A stretch of 32,000 bases of DNA. Source: Candidatus Saccharimonadota bacterium (GTDB taxonomy: Bacteria > Patescibacteriota > Patescibacteriia > 2-12-FULL-60-25). Below the pieces are notes generated by a model. That model did not search any database. It saw only the letters and a program-made list of their open reading frames with translations, and was not told where the DNA came from. The stretch spans positions 240,001 through 272,000 of the forward strand of contig CP064964.1 of NCBI GenBank assembly GCA_016699205.1, written 5' to 3'. Shown in pieces: positions 1-8,928 of this stretch (its first letter is position 1; the number at the start of each line of letters is the position of its first letter). A program made the translations under genes and the position numbers.

Positions 1-6
1 CAACTA

Positions 7-372
7 TTAGGCAATAATAAGGCGCTTCAAACGCTCGTTCTGGGTGCGGTTCTTTGGGAGCATGTACTTGACGGCGTGTACCAAAATTTCTCCTGGGTTC
101 TCCTTCATCAAACGGCTCATCGGGGTGGCCTTCACACCGCTTGGGCGGTTAGAGGAGCGGAAGTGGACTTTCTGTTCCATCTTCTTACCCGTGAGGACGA
201 TCTTGTCGGCGTTCAAGACTTTAACGATCGCTCCGGCATCGATGTGCGGAACATACGTTGGCTTGTCTTTGCCGATGAGGATCTTGGCGATATGCGTTGC
301 CAAACGGCCGACAACCTTGCCGGTTGCGTCGATGGTGACGGTTTCGCGCTTGATGTTCTTGATCGTGGACAT
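7..372 (-). CDS. rplM: 50S ribosomal protein L13 (short form, 121 aa)
   Basis: The translation MSTIKNIKRETVTIDATGKVVGRLATHIAKILIGK... carries the L13 N-terminal signature. TAA stop at 7-9. It follows L17 directly. Confidence 0.9.
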   Translation of the reverse strand: MSTIKNIKRETVTIDATGKVVGRLATHIAKILIGKDKPTYVPHIDAGAIVKVLNADKIVLTGKKMEQKVHFRSSNRPSGVKATPMSRLMKENPGEILVHAVKYMLPKNRTQNERLKRLIIA

Positions 373-374
373 AA

Positions 375-728
375 TTATTTTACAAGCTGGATCTGGGCGA
401 TTTCAGCACCATCTCCCTTGCGCGTACCAAGCTTCACGATGCGCGTGTAGCCGCCCGGACGGGTGGCGTAGCGCGGACCGAGTTCCTCGAGCACCTTGTT
501 CACAGCCGACTCGCTCATAAGAACGGCGTTCAGCTGGCGGCGGGCGACGAGGCTCTTGGCCTTGCCTTTGGTAATCAAACGCTCGACAAACGGGCGGACG
601 GCCTTGGCCTTGGCCAAAGTCGTGTTGACGTTCTCGTAGAGAACAATCGAAGTCGCCAAACCGCGCAGGAGGGCCCGGCGGGCACTCGCGTTGCGATCCA
701 ATGTCTTTCCTACGCGGTTATGTTTCAT
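375..728 (-). CDS. rplQ: 50S ribosomal protein L17
   Basis: The translation MKHNRVGKTLDRNASARRALLRGLATSIVLYE...GGYTRIVKLGTRKGDGAEIAQIQLV is typical L17. It follows rpoA as in the canonical alpha operon. Confidence 0.92.
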   Translation of the reverse strand: MKHNRVGKTLDRNASARRALLRGLATSIVLYENVNTTLAKAKAVRPFVERLITKGKAKSLVARRQLNAVLMSESAVNKVLEELGPRYATRPGGYTRIVKLGTRKGDGAEIAQIQLVK

Positions 729-739
729 AAGATTGAGAT

Positions 740-1447
740 TTAAGCGGTTTCTTCTGAGTAGGTCAAGTCCTTCAAGACGGAGATGTTATCCATCAAAATA
801 ACGATGGACTGATTGACGGCGTCGAGCGGGTCGAGGGTGCCGTCGGTTTCAACGCGCAAAACAAGCTTGTCAAAGTCGATTTTCTCTCCGACGCGGGCCA
901 TCTCGACCTTGTAGGAGACGTTCAAAACCGGGCTGTAGAGGGCGTCGATGGCAATCGTGCCCAACTCGGTCTTTTCCTTGTTGCGCTCTTCTGTGGAGCG
1001 GTAACCGCGGCCAGGGGCAACGGTGACTTCCATCTCAAGCGTCGCGGACGGGTCCGTGAGGGTCGCGATGTGAAGATCGGTGTTCACAACTTCAACCTGC
1101 GCGTCTTTGACAAAATCCTTGGCCGTGACGATTTTCTCGCCTTTGACGGACAAAGAGATCTTGATCGGCTCTTCCGAGAAGAGCTTTACGCGCAAAGCCT
1201 TGAGAGCAAGGATGATTTCCAAGACGTCTTCTTTGACATGCGGGATGGTCGAGAACTCGTGCTCGGCACCCTTGATGCGGACGGCTGTGACAGCGGCGCC
1301 CGGAAGGGAGGAGAGGAGAACGCGGCGCATGGCGTTGCCAAGCGTGGTGCCATAACCCTGTGCGCAAGGCTCAACGGTAAGGACGCCCTCATTAGGACGC
1401 TCACCGCGGTTAAACTTGATTTTGTTTGGGAGGAGGATCGATTCCAT
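740..1447 (-). CDS. rpoA: DNA-directed RNA polymerase subunit alpha, N-terminal domain only (235 aa)
   Basis: GTTLGNAMRRVLLSSLPGAAVTAVRIKGAEHEFSTIPHVKEDVLEIILALK is the alpha-NTD signature. The ORF ends where the interdomain linker normally starts. rplQ starts 12 nt after the stop. Confidence 0.9.
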   Translation of the reverse strand: MESILLPNKIKFNRGERPNEGVLTVEPCAQGYGTTLGNAMRRVLLSSLPGAAVTAVRIKGAEHEFSTIPHVKEDVLEIILALKALRVKLFSEEPIKISLSVKGEKIVTAKDFVKDAQVEVVNTDLHIATLTDPSATLEMEVTVAPGRGYRSTEERNKEKTELGTIAIDALYSPVLNVSYKVEMARVGEKIDFDKLVLRVETDGTLDPLDAVNQSIVILMDNISVLKDLTYSEETA

Positions 1448-1480
1448 ATGATGGCGCTATGGATTAAAAAGGACAGTTGG

Positions 1481-2095
1481 TTAGCGAGAGTAGAACTCGA
1501 CGATCATCTTAGCGTCGAATGGCTGCTGCAACTCAACGCCGGTCGGGCGGCCAGTGACCTTGGCGGAGAGCGTCTTTGAGTCGATAGCCAACCAGGAAAG
1601 ATTTTCCTTCTTTGCCAATACTTCCTCAGCACCCTTCAAGTTCCCCTTGGCCTTCTTGTTGTCGCGGATCGCGATCACGTCTCCCGAGCGGACACGGTAG
1701 GACGGGATGTTGAGCTTCTTGCCGTTCACGATGAAGTGGGCGTGCGAAACAGCCTGGCGAGCGGCCGGGCGTGTCTTTGCAAAACCAGCGCGGTACACGA
1801 CGTTGTCGAGACGCGCTTCAAGTTCCTGCACAAGCATTTCTCCCGTGTTGCCCTTCTTCTTGGACACTTCGTCAAAGAGGTTGGCAAACTGGCGTTCATT
1901 CAAACCGTAGAGACGCTTGGCCTTTTGCTTCTCGCGGAGCTGCTTGCCGTAGTCGGTCAAGCGGGTACGGCTTTCTGGGCCGTGGGCGCCCGGAGCAAAT
2001 GGGCGACGCGTAAGCGCACGGGCATGCTTGGCAGCATCCGTGAGCGGCACGCCTTCGCGGCGTGACATTTTGGCGGTGACTTGGAGTTTCTTCAT
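1481..2095 (-). CDS. rpsD: 30S ribosomal protein S4
   Basis: SRREG...YGKQLREKQKAKRLYGLNERQF...LEARLDNVVYRAGFAKTRPAARQAVSHAHFIVNGKKLNIPSYRV is classic S4 with an S4 RNA-binding domain. Confidence 0.92.
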   Translation of the reverse strand: MKKLQVTAKMSRREGVPLTDAAKHARALTRRPFAPGAHGPESRTRLTDYGKQLREKQKAKRLYGLNERQFANLFDEVSKKKGNTGEMLVQELEARLDNVVYRAGFAKTRPAARQAVSHAHFIVNGKKLNIPSYRVRSGDVIAIRDNKKAKGNLKGAEEVLAKKENLSWLAIDSKTLSAKVTGRPTGVELQQPFDAKMIVEFYSR

Positions 2096-2135
2096 AGCGT
2101 TGGGGACAATTCAGCCTAGTGGAAATTGGTGGCGA

Positions 2136-2576
2136 TTAGACACGGCGCGGACGCGGCGGGCGGCATCCGTTGTGCGGAATCGGGGTAACGTCCTTGATCA
2201 TGGCGATCGTGAGGCCGTTGGCGTTGAAAGCGCGGAGAGCACCTTCGCGACCCTGACCAACTCCGCTGATGAAGACGTTCACTTCTTTCAAGCCTGTGTC
2301 CGCTGCCTTCTCGCAAGCATCTTTCACGATGAGCGAAGCGGCGTACGGGGTGGCTTTCTTCGGGCCCTTGAAACCGTTCACACCGGCGCTCGACCAGGAG
2401 AGAACGTTGCCGTTCAAATCGGTCAAAGTGACGATCGTGTTGTTGTAGGTGGCCTGAATATGAGCATTACCGACCGGCACTTGCGTGCGGGCCTTCTTGT
2501 TTTTCTTTGGCTTGGCCTTGGCTGCCGGCTTAGCGGCTTCCTCGGTTCCAGCCTGCTGTTTCTTTTCTTCAGACAT
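2136..2576 (-). CDS. rpsK: 30S ribosomal protein S11 with a Lys/Ala-rich N-terminal extension
   Basis: [30 protein letters not shown]...[12 protein letters not shown]...[20 protein letters not shown]-type motifs are present in the ORF translation. Confidence 0.92.
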   Translation of the reverse strand: MSEEKKQQAGTEEAAKPAAKAKPKKNKKARTQVPVGNAHIQATYNNTIVTLTDLNGNVLSWSSAGVNGFKGPKKATPYAASLIVKDACEKAADTGLKEVNVFISGVGQGREGALRAFNANGLTIAMIKDVTPIPHNGCRPPRPRRV

Positions 2577-2584
2577 AGAGGAGA

Positions 2585-2971
2585 TTACGTCTTTTCAAGC
2601 TTACGCTTACCCGAGCCCATCGTCTTACGAACGTTGCCGCGGATGGTGCGGGAGTTGGTCTTGGTGCGCTGACCGCGGACCGGCAAGGACTTAATGTGGC
2701 GGAGACCGCGATAGGCGCCGATTTCCTTCAAGCGCTTGATGTTGGTCAACACTTCACGGCGGAGGTCACCCTCGACCTTGTATTCTTTTTCAACCGCGTC
2801 ACGAAGCTTGTTGGTGTCGGCTTCTGAAAGATCCTTTACGCGGATCGAAGCATCAACGCCCGTCTTCTTGACGATCGAGAGGGCGGTCGTACGGCCGATG
2901 CCGTAAATATATTGAAGCGCGATGTCGACGCGCTTGTTTGCAGGGAGGGTTACACCGGCGATACGTGCCAT
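2585..2971 (-). CDS. rpsM: 30S ribosomal protein S13
   Basis: [33 protein letters not shown]...[23 protein letters not shown] is canonical S13. Confidence 0.93.
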   Translation of the reverse strand: MARIAGVTLPANKRVDIALQYIYGIGRTTALSIVKKTGVDASIRVKDLSEADTNKLRDAVEKEYKVEGDLRREVLTNIKRLKEIGAYRGLRHIKSLPVRGQRTKTNSRTIRGNVRKTMGSGKRKLEKT

Positions 2972-2986
2972 AAGATGGATAGAAAA

Positions 2987-3103
2987 TTAACCTTGGCGCT
3001 GTTTATGCTTTGGGGTCGACGTGCAGATCACGACAACACGGCCCTTCCGGCGAAGGACTTGGCAGTTTCGGCACATGGCCTTGACGGAGGATCGTACTTT
3101 CAT
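2987..3103 (-). CDS. rpmJ: 50S ribosomal protein L36 (38 aa; below the ORF-track size cutoff)
   Basis: Hand translation of the minus strand from ATG at 3101-3103 gives [38 protein letters not shown], then TAA at 2987-2989. It sits in the expected slot between infA and rpsM. Confidence 0.88.
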   Translation of the reverse strand: MKVRSSVKAMCRNCQVLRRKGRVVVICTSTPKHKQRQG

Positions 3104-3139
3104 AGCAAGCGTTCGCAAAAAACCGTTACGTTTAGTGGG

Positions 3140-3373
3140 CTACAACCTATAGGTAATCCGACCCTTTGTCAAATCGTACGGGCTCACCTCGACCTGGACA
3201 TCGTCGCCCGGGGTCAGACGAATGCGGTTCATGCGCATTTTTCCCCCAAGATAGCACAAAATTACCTGTCCATTTTCCAATTTTACCTTGAATGTGGCTG
3301 ATGGCAGGTTCTCCTCAATCGTCCCCTTCATGACGAGAAATTCCTTGCTGGGAGACGTGTTTTTACCGGCCAT
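3140..3373 (-). CDS. infA: translation initiation factor IF-1
   Basis: [61 protein letters not shown] is an S1-like IF-1 fold signature. Confidence 0.92.
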   Translation of the reverse strand: MAGKNTSPSKEFLVMKGTIEENLPSATFKVKLENGQVILCYLGGKMRMNRIRLTPGDDVQVEVSPYDLTKGRITYRL

Positions 3374-3424
3374 AGGTTGTAGAAATCATGGCCGCATCAT
3401 AACAAAGCCAAAAAATATGGTCAA

Positions 3425-4126
3425 TTAAGCGGCCTTGGGAAGGGGCTTGGCTGACTTGGGGATGACGCGAATCTTTTCCGGTTTTTCCGGGTCGTAAGGG
3501 TGAGCGCGCTCAAAGTCGAGCGGGAAGACGGATTTGAGCTCTCGGCCATTGAAATTGAGGAGGAAGTCTTTGATATACCAAGGTTTGTCGATTTTGAGCG
3601 CTTTGCGGTAAGTCTCGGCGGTTTGCCTGATCAGGCGCTCGGCTTGGACTTGGGCTGCCTCGATCTCCCCTGCTGACCAGCCTTCATCGATAAGTTTGTC
3701 CCAGATGTCTTGGCCGGATCGGCCTGGGACATATTCCATCATGAGAAAGTCAGCATTGCCGGCATGCATCATCCCGAGCGGCTTGGGAGCCGGGAGTCCG
3801 AGCTGATGAGCTTTTTCCAGAATGTGCAACTCATGATCCGGGTGAGGCATTTTGCCTGGTTGATTAAGCTTGAGGACGAATGAGTAGCCGTCTTGGTCGG
3901 TCATTTTCCAGACGATTTCATTTACGCCCTCGCTACCTGTGTCCGTTTTGCTGGTGTGCTTAAGCTTTTTGCCGTTAGCAAGCGCAAACTCGTAGGCTTT
4001 GTCGATGAATTCCGGCGGAAGATCGTCCTTGGCACCCGGTAAAAGGCGGAGCGTGTAATTTTCACGTTCGATACGGGTCTTGTTCTCGACAGGTTGGGCA
4101 AATGGATTTACCTGCTCAAAGGACAT
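3425..4126 (-). CDS. hypothetical minimal protein-kinase-like-fold protein (RIO/Bud32/APH-sized, about 233 aa)
   Basis: Kinase-like motifs appear in order: Gly-rich TGSEGVNEIVW, beta3 Lys in FVLKL, helix-C Glu in HELHILEKA, hinge FLMMEYVPG, catalytic-loop-like IKDFLLNFN and DFG-like PLDFERA. I prefer the ATG at 4126 over the TTG at 4144 because 4144 lies inside the upstream hairpin. Confidence 0.5.
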   Translation of the reverse strand: MSFEQVNPFAQPVENKTRIERENYTLRLLPGAKDDLPPEFIDKAYEFALANGKKLKHTSKTDTGSEGVNEIVWKMTDQDGYSFVLKLNQPGKMPHPDHELHILEKAHQLGLPAPKPLGMMHAGNADFLMMEYVPGRSGQDIWDKLIDEGWSAGEIEAAQVQAERLIRQTAETYRKALKIDKPWYIKDFLLNFNGRELKSVFPLDFERAHPYDPEKPEKIRVIPKSAKPLPKAA

Positions 4127-4143
4127 ACCTAAGCAGAATAGCA

Positions 4144-4165
4144 AATCGCCCCCGAAGGGGCGATT
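4144..4165 (-). terminator. stem-loop immediately downstream of alaS (possible intrinsic terminator)
   Basis: aatcgcccc/cgaa/ggggcgatt forms a 9-bp GC-rich stem with a 4-nt loop, 3 nt after the alaS stop. Only a modest T-rich run follows on the minus strand (tgctattctgctt). Confidence 0.4.
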
Positions 4166-4168
4166 GTT

Positions 4169-5989
4169 TTACATTCCTGTCACTGTTGCTTTGATGCGGC
4201 GAACTCCGGCTGATACAGCTTCCTCTTTTTGAATCTTGAAGCTTCCAAGTTGCGCCGTGTGCTCGACATGAGGACCGCCGCAGATTTCTTTGGAGAAAAA
4301 GCCTTTTTCATCGTTACCGACAAAGTAGACATTGATCTTGCCGCCAAGCTGGGCGTACTTATCGTCAAACAAACCGATCGCTCCCCTGCTCTTGGCTTCA
4401 TCGGTCGTGAGCTGCTCGCAGTGAATCGGGAGATCGCGCTTGATGGCGTCGTTCACAAGCTCTTCAGTTTTGGCGATTTCTTCCGGCGTCATCTTTTGAC
4501 CGTGGCTGAAGTCGAATCGCAAACGTTCGGCGGTGATATTCGATCCCTTCTGCTCAACATGGTCGCCGAGGACGGTGCGCAGGGCTTGGTGAAGCAAGTG
4601 CGTTGCGGTGTGCAAGCGCGTTGTTTCTACAGAATGATCGGCGAGACCGCCTTTGAAGGTTCCAGCGGATGCCGAGCGCGAGAGTTCTTGGTGTTTCTTG
4701 AATTCCGCAGCAAATACGGAGCGATCAACAGACTCGCCTTTCTCACGCAAAATCTCTTCCGTGAGCTCGAGCGGGAAACCGTAAGAAGAGAAGAGCAAGA
4801 ATGCGCCCTCGCCGGTGATCGGGCCTTTGGACAACATCTTCTCGAGTTCCTTCATTCCTTTCTCAAGAGTTTTTCCAAATTTCTCTTCTTCTTTCTTCAA
4901 TTCATCGACGACCTTGTCCAAGTTCTGAGTTAGCTCGACGTAATGACCGCCGTACTCGCCGACATAAACTTGCGCGATGAGATGCGTGAACGACTCGAGG
5001 ATTCCCAAGCGGCGGCCTTCGCGGATCGCGCGGCGGAGCAAACGGCGGACGATATAGCCTTGGCCGACGTTGGATGGAGAAACACCGCGCGGATCGCCAA
5101 TGATAAATGTCGCGGCACGAAGGTGATCCGCGATAATGCGGAAGGCGCGCTCGTGATCTTTGTAGGATTTGCCGGACAGTGAAGCGATCTTATCGAGGGC
5201 TGGCGTAAAAGCGTCGGTTTCGAATACGGTCTCGACGTTTTGCATGACCGCGACGATACGCTCCAAACCCATGCCTGTATCGACGTTTTTCTGGGCGAGA
5301 GGCGCGAATGTGCCGTCGGCTTGCTTATCGAACTGCATGAAGACGTTGTTCCAGATTTCGACGAAGCGGCCGCAATCGCAGTTTTGATGACACTCTTCTC
5401 CAAAAGCCTTGTCATGGGCTTTTCCGGTGTCGTAGAAAATTTCCGTGTCCGGACCACAAGGACCCGTAAGTCCGGCGGGGCCCCACCAGTTCTTTTTCTT
5501 TGGGTAAGCGCGGATGCGATCGCCGAGCTCGGCTGTAATGCCGACGGTTTCGTAGAGCGCCTGCCAGATGCAGATCGACTCTTCATCGCGCGGAGCATCG
5601 GCATCGCCCTCGAATACCGTGACGTAAATCTTTTTTGGATCGATCGCGAGCCAATCTTTGCTGGTCAGGAACTCGAATGACCAAGTGATGGCTTCTTGTT
5701 TGAAATAATCGCCGAGCGACCAGTTACCGAGCATCTCAAAAAACGTGAGGTGGCGGTTGTCGCCGACTTCCTCGATATCATCGGTGCGGACGCACTTTTG
5801 CGAGTCAGCAAGACGCTTGCCACCTGGATGCGGCTGGCCCTGAAGATATGGGACAAGCGGATGCATGCCGGCGGTCGTAAAAAGAACCGTCGGGTCGTTT
5901 TCAGGTACGACAGAGGCGGAAGGGATGATGGTGTGGCCCTTCTCGCGGAAAAAATCCAGAAATTTCTGGCGGATTTCATTGGTCGTCAT
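4169..5989 (-). CDS. alaS: alanine--tRNA ligase, short form lacking the C-Ala domain
   Basis: N-terminus is MTTNEIRQKFLDFFREKGHTIIPSASVVPENDPTVLFTTAGM. The class II core FEMLGNWSLGDYFK is present. Editing-domain motifs HTATHLLHQAL and CGGPHV are present. The ATG at 5987-5989 is preferred over the upstream TTG at 6025. Confidence 0.88.
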   Translation of the reverse strand: MTTNEIRQKFLDFFREKGHTIIPSASVVPENDPTVLFTTAGMHPLVPYLQGQPHPGGKRLADSQKCVRTDDIEEVGDNRHLTFFEMLGNWSLGDYFKQEAITWSFEFLTSKDWLAIDPKKIYVTVFEGDADAPRDEESICIWQALYETVGITAELGDRIRAYPKKKNWWGPAGLTGPCGPDTEIFYDTGKAHDKAFGEECHQNCDCGRFVEIWNNVFMQFDKQADGTFAPLAQKNVDTGMGLERIVAVMQNVETVFETDAFTPALDKIASLSGKSYKDHERAFRIIADHLRAATFIIGDPRGVSPSNVGQGYIVRRLLRRAIREGRRLGILESFTHLIAQVYVGEYGGHYVELTQNLDKVVDELKKEEEKFGKTLEKGMKELEKMLSKGPITGEGAFLLFSSYGFPLELTEEILREKGESVDRSVFAAEFKKHQELSRSASAGTFKGGLADHSVETTRLHTATHLLHQALRTVLGDHVEQKGSNITAERLRFDFSHGQKMTPEEIAKTEELVNDAIKRDLPIHCEQLTTDEAKSRGAIGLFDDKYAQLGGKINVYFVGNDEKGFFSKEICGGPHVEHTAQLGSFKIQKEEAVSAGVRRIKATVTGM

Positions 5990-6005
5990 AGCGGATAGAC
6001 TGCCT

Positions 6006-6746
6006 TTAAGCGGCGTTCTTGGCAAACTGGCGGGTCAGCATTTGGGCTTGGTTCACGAATACCTTGAGGAGCGAGACATCGATTTCCTGGATTTTTTCGG
6101 CACCATCCTCAAGATGCAGAAGAAGGAAGGCCTTGGTGTCGTCTGCATGATCAGCCGGGACCACAAGCAGCTCTTTTCCATCCTCTGATCGGATAAACGC
6201 GTGACTGGAACGATTTTCATGCAGATCGCGCAGATCTTTGTTTGGAATCTTGAAAACAAGATCTCGGCCGGTGTGATGAACGTACTCCCCTTCCGTTCGC
6301 ATTTTAGAGACAGAGAGGACGCGCAGCATCGCGGATAAGGCTCCGGCGGATGCGCAGGCATTCATCGCAATTGCGGTATAGAGCTCTTTAGGAACTTTTG
6401 AGGACGGGTCGATTGTCAGCGATGTGTCATTGGCTACTTTTTTCAGCAATTCAATTTTACGATTGACCGATCCGATATACGCATAAGACTCGATGAGCTC
6501 TTGTTTGGCGCGTGCGTAACCCGTTTCTACGACTTCACGCTCTTTCTCGCGGCGCTCCATAATGCGTTCATAGGCGGCGAAGGTGGCGAGTCCGGCGATT
6601 CCGAAGGCAAAAATCGATAATTCCTCCAGACGCTCTTCTGGCAGTCCAAATCGATCTTTGCTGTGGATTGAGGGCGATAAGACGGCAAGGACGAAAAATA
6701 GGAGGTAAACAAGCGAAACCCACTCCAATTTAGGGACTTTCATCAT
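6006..6746 (-). CDS. hypothetical membrane protein with a C-terminal GAF-like domain
   Basis: Two N-terminal hydrophobic helices (WVSLVYLLFFVLAVL and IFAFGIAGLATFAAY) precede a charged helical segment. The C-terminal part, LLVVPADHADDTKAFLLLHLEDGAEKIQEIDVSLLKVFVNQAQML, resembles the end of a GAF fold. The start ATG overlaps the mnmA stop in an ATGA arrangement. Confidence 0.5.
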   Translation of the reverse strand: MMKVPKLEWVSLVYLLFFVLAVLSPSIHSKDRFGLPEERLEELSIFAFGIAGLATFAAYERIMERREKEREVVETGYARAKQELIESYAYIGSVNRKIELLKKVANDTSLTIDPSSKVPKELYTAIAMNACASAGALSAMLRVLSVSKMRTEGEYVHHTGRDLVFKIPNKDLRDLHENRSSHAFIRSEDGKELLVVPADHADDTKAFLLLHLEDGAEKIQEIDVSLLKVFVNQAQMLTRQFAKNAA

Positions 6747-7855
6747 GCGCCCGAGTCTAGCCTGTTGTCCGCAAGAAAGCCACCTCCGAGACACACTTCT
6801 CCGTGATAGAAGACGGCCGATTGGCCCGGAGCCATGGCCCAGACGGGCTTTTGGAACGTCATCGTGCCACTCGCATCACCCGTCATATTTATCGTCGCAG
6901 GAATCGCTTCTGAGTGATAACGGACAACAACGTTGATGTGACCGTCTGACGGGAGCTTGTTTAGTAGATGAATATTTTCTACCTGAGCCGAATGGGAATA
7001 GAGAAGCTCATGCTCGCGATCCGGGACAATAATAATACGATTCAGATCTCGATCTTTTGCCGCAACATACCAAGCCTTTCCGTCTTTTGAGACATGAATA
7101 CCGTGTCTTTGGCCGATGGTGTAGCCGTCGAGGCCATCATGTTTGCCGATGATCTCTCCTTCCGGATTAACGATGTCGCCGGGCTTTGGCGGATTCCGCA
7201 AACGCAAGAATTGATGGAAGTCGAGCTTGCCGACGAAACAGATGCCTTGGGAATCGGGTTTGTGCGCGACAGGGAGATCACGTTCCGCGGCCATACGTCG
7301 AACTTCATCTTTATGGAATTCGCCAATTGGAAAATAGCTTTTGGACAATGATTCTTTGGAGATACGGTGCAGAAAATAGCTTTGGTCTTTTGCCGGATCG
7401 ACGGCGACCAAGAGCTGATGATCATCGCCCTCATGGCGAACGCGTGCGTAGTGGCCGGTTGCGATACCGTCGAAGCCGAGTTTCATTGCAGCCTCGAAGA
7501 ACAAACCGAATTTAATTTCTTCATTACAAAGCACATCCGGATTCGGTGTTACGCCTTGGCGATACTCGGCGAACATACGATCGAGTACGCGCTTGCGATA
7601 CTCCTCTTCAAAATCGAAAGTAAGCAGCGGAATACCGAGACGTGCGGCAACACGCAGCGCATCGCGGCGCTCGCCGCGCCATTCACACTCCCCCGTCCAC
7701 AAATCTTTGGAGTCAGACCAGTTCTTGATAAAACCACCGGTAACATCGTGGCCTTGCTCGACAAGGAACGAGGCGGCCACGCTCGAATCAACCCCGCCAG
7801 ACATACCGACGAGGATTTTCAACTTCTCTTTTTTTACGAATGGATTATTTGGCAT
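6743..7855 (-). CDS. mnmA: tRNA 2-thiouridine(34) synthase MnmA
   Basis: PP-loop ILVGMSGGVDSSVAA, then CNEEIKFG, GIATGHYAR and SQGICFVG. The start is placed at MPNNPFVKKEKLK (ATG 7853-7855). TGA stop. Confidence 0.9.
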   Translation of the reverse strand: MPNNPFVKKEKLKILVGMSGGVDSSVAASFLVEQGHDVTGGFIKNWSDSKDLWTGECEWRGERRDALRVAARLGIPLLTFDFEEEYRKRVLDRMFAEYRQGVTPNPDVLCNEEIKFGLFFEAAMKLGFDGIATGHYARVRHEGDDHQLLVAVDPAKDQSYFLHRISKESLSKSYFPIGEFHKDEVRRMAAERDLPVAHKPDSQGICFVGKLDFHQFLRLRNPPKPGDIVNPEGEIIGKHDGLDGYTIGQRHGIHVSKDGKAWYVAAKDRDLNRIIIVPDREHELLYSHSAQVENIHLLNKLPSDGHINVVVRYHSEAIPATINMTGDASGTMTFQKPVWAMAPGQSAVFYHGEVCLGGGFLADNRLDSGA

Positions 7856-8924
7856 TTTGGCGGACGCGCTTGATGCGTACGGCCTCAAGTCCCTGTTTTA
7901 CCTGGCCGTCTTCTTCCTGTACGGCGAGCTGGCCGCAAGCCGCATCGATATCTTCACCGAATGTCACGCGATGCGTTGCGGAGATGCCGCGCTCTTCCAA
8001 CCAGTCGACAAAGGCAATGCGATTCTCGCGATCCGTCGGATCAAAAGCTTCGGTTGGATGGTATTTGATGACGTTTACATGCGAAAGACGATGATCATTT
8101 GCCAAGAGACGCGCGAGCGCGTTGGCATCGGACTTGTGATCATTAATGCCCTTGAGAAGCAGGTACTCGAACATGACTTTGCGGTTGGTCTTTGCCATGT
8201 AGACATGAACTGCGTCCATCAACTTGGCGAGCGGATAGGCTTTGTTTACCGGCATGAATTTGTCGCGCACTTCATCGGTACCTGCATGGATGGAAATCGC
8301 AAGGTTTACCTGGAGAGGTTCGTCAGCGAGTTTAAGAATTCCCGGAACAATACCGCATGTCGAGATACTCATGTGACGTGCGCCGAGATTGAGGCCGTCT
8401 TTATCGTTCAACTGCTTTAAAGCGGCGATGACGTTGTCGTAATTATGAAAAGGCTCTCCCATGCCCATCATCACAAGATTGGTGACGTATTCTCCTTTTG
8501 GTTTTAGCCAGCGAGAGAAGTAGATCACTTGCTCGACGATTTCCGGAATCGAGAGATTACGCTTCAAGCCCATCGTGCCCGTCGCACAAAAAGCGCAGGC
8601 CATGGCGCAGCCGACTTGGGAGGATGCGCAGACCGTGTTGCGGCCATCTTCATGACGCATCAATACCGCCTCGATCTTTTGGCCGTCGGCACATTCAAAT
8701 AATGTTTTAACCGTGTCGCCTTTTGGGGAGACAATCGTTTTCACCTCTTTCAAGACATTCCACGGGATAGCTTCCTGACAGGCCTCACGCAATGGCTTGG
8801 AGTAGGTTGTGACACTTTCCCAGTCGTTTCCAAGTTCAACAAAAAATGCACGCTTGGCCTGAGCCAAGCGATACGCGGGCTCGCCACGTTCCGCGAGCAG
8901 AGCTTTTAGGGCTTTGATATCCAT
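7845..8924 (-). CDS. rlmN: 23S rRNA/tRNA adenine-C2 methyltransferase RlmN (radical SAM)
   Basis: Radical-SAM cluster motif GCAMACAFCATG, then VMMGMGEPFHNYDNV, and a C-terminal DIDAACGQL. The start is placed at MDIKALKALL (ATG 8922-8924), just after the upstream stop. Confidence 0.9.
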   Translation of the reverse strand: MDIKALKALLAERGEPAYRLAQAKRAFFVELGNDWESVTTYSKPLREACQEAIPWNVLKEVKTIVSPKGDTVKTLFECADGQKIEAVLMRHEDGRNTVCASSQVGCAMACAFCATGTMGLKRNLSIPEIVEQVIYFSRWLKPKGEYVTNLVMMGMGEPFHNYDNVIAALKQLNDKDGLNLGARHMSISTCGIVPGILKLADEPLQVNLAISIHAGTDEVRDKFMPVNKAYPLAKLMDAVHVYMAKTNRKVMFEYLLLKGINDHKSDANALARLLANDHRLSHVNVIKYHPTEAFDPTDRENRIAFVDWLEERGISATHRVTFGEDIDAACGQLAVQEEDGQVKQGLEAVRIKRVRQNAK

Positions 8925-8928
8925 ATTC

